Assembly (NCBI GenBank): GCA_964419835.1
Contig: CAYQPT010000001.1
Coordinates: 10,367 to 67,897 of the forward strand
DNA: 57,531 nt
Source of the DNA: an uncultured Candidatus Saccharibacteria bacterium
Lineage (GTDB): Bacteria > Patescibacteriota > UBA1384 > XYA2-FULL-43-10 > 1-14-0-10-43-13
Direction: 5' to 3'
Shown: piece after piece, positions 19,652 to 27,474 of the stretch
Position numbering within the stretch: position 1 is the stretch's first letter
How the letters are laid out: every line of letters begins with the position of its first letter
Position numbers and translations under genes: made by a program
Notes under the pieces: model-generated
What the model was told of the DNA's origin: nothing
The model's database searches: none
The model's input: the letters and a program-made list of their open reading frames with translations, nothing else

Positions 19652-21266
19652 AGTCATTGTTCTCCTCTTTTTGAGTTCTATATATTTCTCTAAGTACCGG
19701 CTCCCAACCAAGAATAGTGTCGAAAAAAGTGTTCCATAATTTTTCGACACATGTCCACCACATTGTATTTAACTTTTCGGAAGCCGCCTCGCGCGGGCTG
19801 AAAGCCCGCGCTTCGGCTGGCAAATTGTAGAGTAAAGTATATTCTTTTGGGAAATTTATTGAGAGCTTTTTGTTGAGGATTTGGCGGTTCGACCCGATGG
19901 TTTTTAGAAAATTTTTCATTGCATGAAAATTTTCTTGTAACACGAGATTTCCTGCTTGGTTGGCCTCAATAATCCAGTTTTTCAAGAGTTCGACCCAATG
20001 ATTTCCTTTTCGCTCAAAATCTGCTAATTTTTCTTGCAAATCTTTCTTTTGCTCAACTAACTTGTTTTTCTTTTCATGGTATTCGGAGAGTTCAAATACT
20101 TCTTCAAGGTAGGCGTCAGTTAGACGATCTATTTTTGTATTTAAGGACTCAACTTTATCTTTCAGATTTTGAGCGAAAATTCCTGACGAGTTGTTTTGTT
20201 CATTTTCCCATTCTTCAACTTTAGCTAAATACTTTTCTTTCCACTCGTCAGGTAAAGAAACTTTTTGACAATAGGTTTTTATTTGCTCTTTCAATTCTTG
20301 TTCTGGCAAAAACTTATGTTGGTCACACTTTTTTACTTTGCTCTTTTTAGTACAGCGATAATACACATATTCTCGTCCGCTTGGCTTTCGTTTCTTTTCG
20401 GCGGTCATCATATATCCGCAATCTCCACAGCGAGCAAAGCCGTAAAAAAGTGGATTCTTTTTGATTAAGTTTTTGCGGGGCTTGCCATTGTCATGCAGAG
20501 CAGCTTGAATTTTGTCAAAAAGTTTCTTGGAAATCATTGACTTGTGAGAACCTTGAACCAATTCACCTTTGTAGTAAAACATTCCGTAATAGAAAGGATT
20601 TTGCAATATATGTCCGATAGTTGAAAGGTGAATTGGTTTATTGTCCTTGCCAACCAAGCCAAGAGAAAACATTTTGCTTTGTATTTTAGATAAGGTGAAA
20701 TTTCCGGTTGCAAAACTCACAAGGCATTCTTTCATTTTGGCGAAAGTCCTTTTATCTGGCTCAATAGTTCGCAATCTCGGTTCGTTAATGTATCCGAGAG
20801 GTGCCTTGTGAGGAAATTCACCTCTTCTTATCTTTTGCCTATTTCCCCGCAAAATGTTTTCTCTTAAATTGTCGGTGTAATATTTGGCTTGCCCAAAGGC
20901 AACGCTTAACATAAATTTACCTTGGGGAGTAGTATCAAACCAGAAGGTCGGAAATTTTAGCGAAGTAATTTTGCCAGTATCAACAAAATAAATTACTTTA
21001 CCGCCATCTATTGAGTTTCTAGCTAACCGATCAGGGTTCCATGCTAAAATTCCCGAAGCGTTGCCTTTTTCTATTTCAGAAAGCATTTGATTAAATATTG
21101 GTCGGCCCGGCTCCTTCGCCGTTCGACTTTCGAAAAATTCTTTAATCACAAAAAGTGAGTTTTGTTTGGCATAATCTCGGAGTTCTTGGAGCTGGGCCTC
21201 AATAGACAAAATTTGTCGTTCTTCCTCCTCTGACGACTTCCTACAATAGATGAAATATTTGATCAT
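19635..21266 (-). CDS. large serine recombinase (resolvase/invertase N-domain, recombinase domain, zinc ribbon, coiled coil)
   Basis: YCRKSSEEEERQILSIEAQ catalytic-Ser region, NPDRLARN, CGDCGY...YYRC zinc ribbon. GGAGGG RBS upstream. The 3' end lies inside IR1. Confidence 0.85.
   Translation of the reverse strand: MIKYFIYCRKSSEEEERQILSIEAQLQELRDYAKQNSLFVIKEFFESRTAKEPGRPIFNQMLSEIEKGNASGILAWNPDRLARNSIDGGKVIYFVDTGKITSLKFPTFWFDTTPQGKFMLSVAFGQAKYYTDNLRENILRGNRQKIRRGEFPHKAPLGYINEPRLRTIEPDKRTFAKMKECLVSFATGNFTLSKIQSKMFSLGLVGKDNKPIHLSTIGHILQNPFYYGMFYYKGELVQGSHKSMISKKLFDKIQAALHDNGKPRKNLIKKNPLFYGFARCGDCGYMMTAEKKRKPSGREYVYYRCTKKSKVKKCDQHKFLPEQELKEQIKTYCQKVSLPDEWKEKYLAKVEEWENEQNNSSGIFAQNLKDKVESLNTKIDRLTDAYLEEVFELSEYHEKKNKLVEQKKDLQEKLADFERKGNHWVELLKNWIIEANQAGNLVLQENFHAMKNFLKTIGSNRQILNKKLSINFPKEYTLLYNLPAEARAFSPREAASEKLNTMWWTCVEKLWNTFFDTILGWEPVLREIYRTQKEENNDSTKHQ
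19755..19890. repeat. IR1 left arm (136 bp)
   Basis: Exact reverse complement of 21482-21617 by hand alignment. Contains the hairpin GCGCGGGCT-GAA-AGCCCGCGC. Lies within the recombinase 3' coding region. Confidence 0.95.
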
Positions 21267-21481
21267 TTTCCCTCCTTTGAGAACAAATTTTTCTATCTAT
21301 ATTATACCAAACAGTTACCGAACAACAAATGCTTTCTGAAATTTCCGCCTTTGGCGGAATTACACCGACAATTTAAATCTCTTGTTGCGTTCGCAAAGCG
21401 AACAAAAAACCATCGGGTCAAAATATGAAATAGTATATACTAGCTCATCATACTATTTCATACTTTCTGTGTTTTACACAG

Positions 21482-21617
21482 GAACCGCCAAATCCTCAAC
21501 AAAAAGCTCTCAATAAATTTCCCAAAAGAATATACTTTACTCTACAATTTGCCAGCCGAAGCGCGGGCTTTCAGCCCGCGCGAGGCGGCTTCCGAAAAGT
21601 TAAATACAATGTGGTGG
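21482..21617. repeat. IR1 right arm (136 bp)
   Basis: Exact reverse complement of 19755-19890. Overlaps the IR2 left arm by 6 bp (TGGTGG). Confidence 0.95.
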
Positions 21618-21805
21618 TGTTTGCTGGAAGAAGCTCGGAAAAATTTTGAGCAAAATATTGAATAATATTTAAATGTTGCCTCACTCGCGGAGTTTACCCC
21701 GTACCCGATGCGGGGCTCGCTCGGCTGTTTTGTGCGGTCGCTGGAGGGGTTTGGGGAGGAAAGCGACCGCACATTTGGGATAGAAAATGCAGGACAAAAA
21801 GGAGG
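21612..21805. repeat. IR2 left arm (194 bp)
   Basis: Reverse complement of 24239-24432 with one mismatch (near 21794). Contains an 11-bp stem (21731-21741 / 21763-21773) with a G-rich loop. Confidence 0.95.
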
Positions 21806-21867
21806 GTATCGATCATTAGCCTGTTTTGTACCGATTAGTAATAATAATTTCTCGACTGAATTGGAAC

Positions 21868-21897
21868 TAAAAAAACTTCCGGTTGGAAGTTTTTTTA
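21868..21897. terminator. bidirectional intrinsic terminator-like hairpin
   Basis: A-run, then AAACTTCC-GGTT-GGAAGTTT, then T-run. Lies just downstream of the minus-strand gene ending at 21925. Confidence 0.7.
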
Positions 21898-21924
21898 GTT
21901 AGCGCTTTTAGTCACTAGATTGAA

Positions 21925-22296
21925 TTACGGTTTAAACGGCGCTTCTACGATTCCCTTAGCCTCTTCGATGCCTTTTTTGATTGCCTCACCGGTTGCTTCT
22001 TCTCCGCCTTTCACAACCTTGCCTAGAGCTTTCTCGGCTTTTGTCGCTACTTCACCGATAGCTTCCTCTGTGTTTTTCCCAGATTCTTCCAATGCCTTGA
22101 CCGCACCGACATAAACATCTTTCACTCCTTCAGTTATATCAATAACGCCCTCTTTTCCAAGTTCTACTATCGCTCCAAAAATTTCTCCAACATCTTCCGT
22201 TCCTTCTTTCAAGATACTAGTTACGGTCGAAGCCAAAGACTCCGTAACCTCTCCCGTTCCTTCGATTGTGTTTTTGAGCAATTCTTTAATTGCCAT
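21925..22296 (-). CDS. hypothetical E/G/K-rich repetitive small protein (123 aa)
   Basis: Start moved to MAIKELLK, which has an AAGGAGAAG RBS. Low-complexity helical repeats. Confidence 0.55.
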   Translation of the reverse strand: MAIKELLKNTIEGTGEVTESLASTVTSILKEGTEDVGEIFGAIVELGKEGVIDITEGVKDVYVGAVKALEESGKNTEEAIGEVATKAEKALGKVVKGGEEATGEAIKKGIEEAKGIVEAPFKP

Positions 22297-22384
22297 GAAC
22301 TTCTCCTTTCTTTTACTTATAAATTTTGTTAACCACACAATAATTATAGCTAAAATCAATTAAAATTGATTTTTGTTGCTTGTG

Positions 22385-23329
22385 CTAATCTCCGACATAA
22401 TTAAAATATTCGCCAGCTCCAATTTCCGCGAAGACAAACAGAACGTAGAAGACAAGCAGTAGTAGGGCGTCTTTTTTATTTAACGGCTTTTCTGTTCTCA
22501 TTAAGTAAAAAAGAAAAACCGCTGCCACAACCATAAAGAAACCGGTTATGTAAACAATTCTTGGATTAAATGAAAAGGGGCTGATTAATGCCACAATGCC
22601 AACAACAATGGCGGCGTCCGTAAGAACATTTCCTAAAATATCGCCGATCGCTAAGCCCTCATTATCTTCTCGAACTGCTCTGATAGACAAAAAGAGTTCC
22701 GGCAGAGTGGTACCCAAAGCAATAAAGAACATACCCGTAAAGATTGGATTGATATCGAGTTTGCGGGTCGCAGCGATGGCATTCTGAACGGTAAAATCGG
22801 ACGCAAGTAGTAAAACCGCCAAACTAATCAAAAAGAGGACGAAATATTTTACAGAAAATTGGCGGCGGCCCAGAACGCTTTTTGTCGGTTCCCGATTAAG
22901 CATCGAGCGGAAGAAGTAAACGCCGGCAATTATTAGAATAATTCCATCAATTCGCGAATAATTTCCGTTTAGTCCGAGCAGGATTGGTATGGAAAGTATT
23001 AGTATATAAAGCAAATCATGTTTGACAATTTTACCGCTTGCTTTGAAATTGTGTCCTCCAAAAATAATAACGAGTCCGAAAATAAGGGTTAAATCGGCGA
23101 CATTGGAGCCAAAGAGCGTACCTAACCCCAAGGAGGGTACGCCGTCTATTGCTGAAGTAACGCTGATAAAGGTTTCCGGAAGAGCGCAAATTACCGCAAT
23201 AAGCAGAAATCCGATCATATAACCGGAAATTTTTAATCCTTGAGCCAGCTTATACGCATATCGGACGGCGTAACCGGCGCTTTTGGTAACAACTACAAGT
23301 GAGATTACCGACAATACTATATTATACAA
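22385..23329 (-). CDS. CaCA-family sodium/calcium exchanger membrane protein (YrbG-like)
   Basis: Two alpha-repeat regions (GTLFGSNVADLTLIFG and GDILGNVLTDAAIVVG). About 10 TM helices. Confidence 0.7.
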   Translation of the reverse strand: MYNIVLSVISLVVVTKSAGYAVRYAYKLAQGLKISGYMIGFLLIAVICALPETFISVTSAIDGVPSLGLGTLFGSNVADLTLIFGLVIIFGGHNFKASGKIVKHDLLYILILSIPILLGLNGNYSRIDGIILIIAGVYFFRSMLNREPTKSVLGRRQFSVKYFVLFLISLAVLLLASDFTVQNAIAATRKLDINPIFTGMFFIALGTTLPELFLSIRAVREDNEGLAIGDILGNVLTDAAIVVGIVALISPFSFNPRIVYITGFFMVVAAVFLFYLMRTEKPLNKKDALLLLVFYVLFVFAEIGAGEYFNYVGD

Positions 23330-23352
23330 AACAACCTCCTATTCTTTTCTGC

Positions 23353-24015
23353 CTATTTAAAAGTGTCTATTTTTAAAGGCGCTCTATCCAAAGCATCCCG
23401 AACTAAAAACTCGAATATATTCTTCTTGTTTTTTCTTATAGCGGTTAAAATAAATGCGCTTATGACACCGAAAAAAGATATGATTACAAAAAGAACATTA
23501 AACCCCAACCTATCGGCGATAACTGCGCCAATAGCGGCACTTGAAGCCGTCGCTATTCCTACTCCCACGTCTTCAAGCGACCATTCAAATCCAATGATTT
23601 TCTTGTCGATATGATTAGTAAAAATTATACGCCAGGCGGGAACGGCCATAGAGTTAGCAAGACCACTGATGCCTTGTAAAAGATAAATATGCCACGGCTC
23701 CGATGATATTGTGTAAAACAATGGAATGACCGCCATCAAAAAAGTCCCCGCTATCATAAAGGAATATTCATCCAATTCGCCTTTTATTTTATCTAATAAC
23801 CGACTAATCGGTATCGCCATTATAACTCTAGTAATCCAATAGCATGCCGTAGCATAGCCGATAACTTCAATTCTGTTATCGATGTTTTTTAAAATGAAAA
23901 CAGCAAATATTGGCGATAACAAACCGACAGCAAAAAACAAGAAGAAATCGGAGGCAACCAATAGGCGTATGGTTTTATTTACAAATTTGTTATGGTTGTT
24001 GTTTGTTTGAATCAT
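23353..24015 (-). CDS. half-size MFS-like membrane protein (about 6 TM)
   Basis: Hydrophobic profile only. 220 aa is half of a canonical MFS protein. Confidence 0.45.
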   Translation of the reverse strand: MIQTNNNHNKFVNKTIRLLVASDFFLFFAVGLLSPIFAVFILKNIDNRIEVIGYATACYWITRVIMAIPISRLLDKIKGELDEYSFMIAGTFLMAVIPLFYTISSEPWHIYLLQGISGLANSMAVPAWRIIFTNHIDKKIIGFEWSLEDVGVGIATASSAAIGAVIADRLGFNVLFVIISFFGVISAFILTAIRKNKKNIFEFLVRDALDRAPLKIDTFK

Positions 24016-24030
24016 ATTGGCAGGCTACTT

Positions 24031-24064
24031 TTAAAAAACAACCGGTTCTTTTTGACCGGTTGTT
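24031..24064 (-). promoter_or_regulatory. terminator/attenuator-like hairpin directly upstream of the MFS-like gene
   Basis: 10-bp stem AACAACCGGT/ACCGGTTGTT, followed on the minus strand by TTTTTT. Only about 16 nt from the start codon at 24015. Confidence 0.35.
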
Positions 24065-24238
24065 TATTTGCTCTAATTGCGTTTATACTGCAAAACAACC
24101 GATCAAGCGATGGTTGTTACTGCGATCTTTTGTGTGATATGCCCTAGTACCATATTTATAGTGTATCAAAATTTAATATTAAAGCAAGACAATTGATTGG
24201 TGCAATTCAGTATCAATCTAATATTCTTCTCGTTCTAT

Positions 24239-24432
24239 CCTCCTTTTTGCCCTGCATTTTCTATCCCAAATGTGCGGTCGCTTTCCTCCCCAAACCCCTC
24301 CAGCGACCGCACAAAACAGCCGAGCGAGCCCCGCATCGGGTACGGGGTAAACTCCGCGAGTGAGGCAACATTTAAATATTATTCAATATTTTGCTCAAAA
24401 TTTTTCCGAGCTTCTTCCAGCAAACACCACCA
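24239..24432. repeat. IR2 right arm (194 bp)
   Basis: Reverse complement of 21612-21805 with one mismatch. Confidence 0.95.
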
Positions 24433-24476
24433 TATAAAAATAGAGCAACTTCATGTTGGTCTATTTTTATATGAAG

Positions 24477-24655
24477 AAGAGTGGGAGTTGCACCGAGAAA
24501 GGGGTCGGGAAAACTGGGTTTCCCGCTAGAGGAAGATACTAGAAACCGTGGGTTTCTAGAGCGAGCCCGCTATAGCATAGCGGAGTGCGAGTAGTTCTAA
24601 TATCCGCTTGGGTCCACCAATAAAACCCCACTCTTTGAAGTAGGGATTTTATTTA
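24477..24655 (+). ncRNA. candidate structured ncRNA of unknown class
   Basis: Closing stem AAGAGTGGG/CCCACTCTT encloses three perfect hairpins: CGGGAAA..TTTCCCG, CTAGAAACC-GTG-GGTTTCTAG and CCGCTAT-AGC-ATAGCGG. It ends in a terminator-like stem plus T-rich run. No ORF of coding quality. More GC-rich than its surroundings. Confidence 0.3.
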
Positions 24656-24693
24656 TGTTTCAGCATTATATTTGCAATCAGCCCTTATATATT

Positions 24694-27438
24694 TTATCTC
24701 CCCACCACTCCCTTTACCCTATCCCACAAGTTTCCAAAGAAACGGAAGAACTTGTTGGTTTGTTTTTGAGTTGTAGTAGTCTTTGTAACTGTAGAAGTGC
24801 TAGGGATTGCTGTCTCTTGTGTATTGGTATTGGCATTCTGGCTTAAAGTATCAATAGAGCCAGATGTATTGGTACTGGAACTGGTGTCAATGCTGGAAGA
24901 TGCTGATCCGGATATCTCTGCGGGACTGCCTGGCACAGGAGGCAAGGATGATTCAGATCCGGTGCTTGCAGTGTTGCCGGTATTGGTATTTGATGCCTCT
25001 GATGCAGGTGTAGTAGCAGGTGTTTCTGTGACGGCTTCTGTGGTTGTGCTTTCAGTAGGAGTGAGTTGTGACGCACTACTGGATTGAGTAACACCCTCTG
25101 TAGGAGTTGCATTAGCATTTACTATTACTTTGTATGAAAGAGTAATGGTATCTCCTGTTACTGTTGCTGGTACCATAGTTGAGAAGTTCCAGGTTGGAAT
25201 GTTGTTGGCTAGTGTATATGTATCACCACCTGCAGCAGTATGATCATCTATGTCTGTCAGTTGTGTTGCAGTGCCAGCACCTATCTTTATGGTGGCAGAA
25301 TTTTCTTTGTAGCTGGTTTGAGACAGAATGGGATCGGTTACTATTAGATTATGTATTGCATTGGGAGATACATTCTTCATTGTTAGAGTGACAGTAACAG
25401 TATCACCGGGAGCAACGGTTGGATTGTCGACTGATTTTGTGAGGGAGAGTTCTTTGTCTACCGTTGGATCGTAGAAAGTGGCGACATCAACAAGGTTCAA
25501 GTTATCTGTTAGGTAGATGGTTCCATTGCGAACGGCTACTTGATGAGTGCTGTACCCAAGCGCTGAAAGAAAAGTAGGTGCCGCAGTCATTTCGTTGATC
25601 TTAAAAACATTAACACCTGTTCTGGGGCTATTCCCATTGTTGCCTGCAACAAACACATAGCCACCGTAAACTTGGACTCCTGCTGCAAGGCCGCTGGTAG
25701 GCGCTGTCCTAATCAAGGATGGCTGAGAAGGTGCTGAAACATTAACCTGACTCAGACCGGAATGGGCATTTGCAACCCAAGCCGTACTTCCGGCCAAATC
25801 CACATCGATACCACCGCCTGTGCCGTTATACAGTGGAAGATCTACACGGCCAAGATAAGCTGGATGATCCGGATCAGATATGTTTAGTGTAACAAGTCCA
25901 TTCGTTCCGTCAGCTACAGCCGCAAGTGCGCCCTCAACATCGACGGAGCATGCTGTTCCGTCTGTATCATACACACTGCGCTGAATCGGATTAAGCGGGT
26001 CGGACACATCAACAATAACTATCCCTGCTGCCCCGCAAGCAACATATGCGTGGCTACCAACAACATTGAGATGATTGCAAGTGCCCGGAAGATTGATGGT
26101 TTTTACTGCGGCTGGCAGGATTGGGTCAATGACTTTTAGTATCCCTGTTGATCCATCGGTTATGAAAGCGTACTCTTTCCCCCCGATTGCCGAGGCGGCC
26201 ACTGAATAGGGCGTAACCCCTACAATACTAGACACATATTGTGGCAACTGGCCGCGGGTGTTTGAAATAGAATAGATGCTTAGGCGACCACTTGAAGCAG
26301 TATATAGATAGTTGTCTGTCACAGCAACATCGTACACTCCATAAATTTGAGGAAAGCCGTTGTTAGAATCCTTCGGAAACTGATCCAGTGAGACATGCCC
26401 AAGCCACGCGGGGTTCATATTGGTTGTGCCGGCCGGGTTGTTGTAAGAAACCGGAGGTGTTGAGTATTCTGTGTAAGCGCCGTTCCTGAGTCGTCTTGCC
26501 CGGTATTGGCAGTTCTCATTACTGTAGCAGGAGTCTGTGTATGAAGTGGTGGCTTGGGAAAGACTGGCAATCTCTTTCCAACCAAAGCTGCTGACTTGTT
26601 TCTCCAATGAGGTAGTATGAGCCATTGAGGTTGGATTTGTAATAGTTATGGTATTGGTGGCAGTTGTGGTGCCAGAGTTTGCGGTAGAGATAGAGAGCGT
26701 GGGAACATCTAATGTGTAGGTGACCGTATTGGAATCCACTTTGACCGATGAAGGAGAAATGGTAACGACAACAACAGCAAAGGTGTATGATTGGTCGCAG
26801 GTTAAAGGAGATGAATTGACAGTGGTAATATCTTTTTGTCTTGTGCCTACTCCGGCGCCGACATAGTTACCAGTATCGGAATATGTGCCGTCACTGTTTT
26901 TGAGAAAGATTTTGGTTTGCATATCAGAAGGATGATTATCTGTCCATGAGACAGTAATAGCACAAGTTGAAGCTGAGGCCGTGGCGACTACATTTGTAGG
27001 GATCTGAGAGGAGAAGAATCCTGAGTTGGTTTGGGCGGAGTATTCTCCTGCGCTATTCTTGGCCTTTACTCCAAAGTAGTAAGTGGAAGTGGAGACAAGA
27101 GATCCTATTTGATAAGAAGTGGTAGTCGCAGAAACATTGGTGACTTCAACATATGCGCCACTGTCTTGTCTTTTATAAATGTAAAATTTATCCACACCAG
27201 TGGTATTGGCTGTCCAAGTGACAAGAGCAGTAGTGGCATCAACTCTGGATGCGTTGACACCGGTGGGAGCAGCCGGAGCAGCAGCAAAAGCAGTCTGTGG
27301 CAAGAAGCTAAAAAGCAGAGCTATTGTAAGAAGCTTGGCAGTTAGCTTGGTTGTGGATAATTTGAATAGCTTACATGGTTTTAATGTAAACCGTGTTGCT
27401 AGTTTCATCCTGATCGTTGATATTACTTTTGATTTCAT
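24694..27438 (-). CDS. secreted surface protein: FN3 repeats, LVIVD-repeat beta-propeller, DUF11-like domain, S/T-rich tail
   Basis: Signal peptide ...PQTAFA. FN3-like WT...Y repeats. GIVIVDVSDPLNP LVIVD motifs. LSLTKSVD...GDTVTVTLTMKN. RBS CCGGAGGG. Confidence 0.8.
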   Translation of the reverse strand: MKSKVISTIRMKLATRFTLKPCKLFKLSTTKLTAKLLTIALLFSFLPQTAFAAAPAAPTGVNASRVDATTALVTWTANTTGVDKFYIYKRQDSGAYVEVTNVSATTTSYQIGSLVSTSTYYFGVKAKNSAGEYSAQTNSGFFSSQIPTNVVATASASTCAITVSWTDNHPSDMQTKIFLKNSDGTYSDTGNYVGAGVGTRQKDITTVNSSPLTCDQSYTFAVVVVTISPSSVKVDSNTVTYTLDVPTLSISTANSGTTTATNTITITNPTSMAHTTSLEKQVSSFGWKEIASLSQATTSYTDSCYSNENCQYRARRLRNGAYTEYSTPPVSYNNPAGTTNMNPAWLGHVSLDQFPKDSNNGFPQIYGVYDVAVTDNYLYTASSGRLSIYSISNTRGQLPQYVSSIVGVTPYSVAASAIGGKEYAFITDGSTGILKVIDPILPAAVKTINLPGTCNHLNVVGSHAYVACGAAGIVIVDVSDPLNPIQRSVYDTDGTACSVDVEGALAAVADGTNGLVTLNISDPDHPAYLGRVDLPLYNGTGGGIDVDLAGSTAWVANAHSGLSQVNVSAPSQPSLIRTAPTSGLAAGVQVYGGYVFVAGNNGNSPRTGVNVFKINEMTAAPTFLSALGYSTHQVAVRNGTIYLTDNLNLVDVATFYDPTVDKELSLTKSVDNPTVAPGDTVTVTLTMKNVSPNAIHNLIVTDPILSQTSYKENSATIKIGAGTATQLTDIDDHTAAGGDTYTLANNIPTWNFSTMVPATVTGDTITLSYKVIVNANATPTEGVTQSSSASQLTPTESTTTEAVTETPATTPASEASNTNTGNTASTGSESSLPPVPGSPAEISGSASSSIDTSSSTNTSGSIDTLSQNANTNTQETAIPSTSTVTKTTTTQKQTNKFFRFFGNLWDRVKGVVGR
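25441..26409. repeat. 969-bp block 100% identical to 29161-30129 (direct repeat, offset 3720)
   Basis: Line-by-line comparison is identical. Flanks are homologous but clearly diverged. Confidence 0.95.
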
Positions 27439-27474
27439 TGTACCCTCCGGTTTAGTTTTTAAGTTTTATAGATA

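Larger units (their letters stand above)
19755..24432. mobile_element. candidate serine-recombinase-associated invertible/mobile region made of two abutting IR-bounded segments
   Basis: CCACCA at 19755-19760 and 24427-24432, and its complement at 21612-21617, mark the ends of the two IR pairs. See the repeat features. Confidence 0.45.

Noticed and set aside
21542-21772. ORFs 21542-21772 (minus) and 24197-24529 (plus) encoding the same peptide (MRSLSSPNPSSDRTKQPSEPRIGYG...)
   Set aside because: The identity is a trivial consequence of both lying in the IR2 arms. They are low-complexity, have no RBS, and contain strong RNA-like stems. They were treated as non-coding repeat sequence.
24590-24620. 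tmRNA or tRNA-like 3' end (…GGGTCCACCA), given that smpB is in the window
   Set aside because: There is no T-arm (GGTTCGAnTCC-like) or acceptor-stem partner, and the preceding sequence does not fit a tmRNA tag or pseudoknot layout. The CCACCA may simply echo the recombination-core hexamer by chance.
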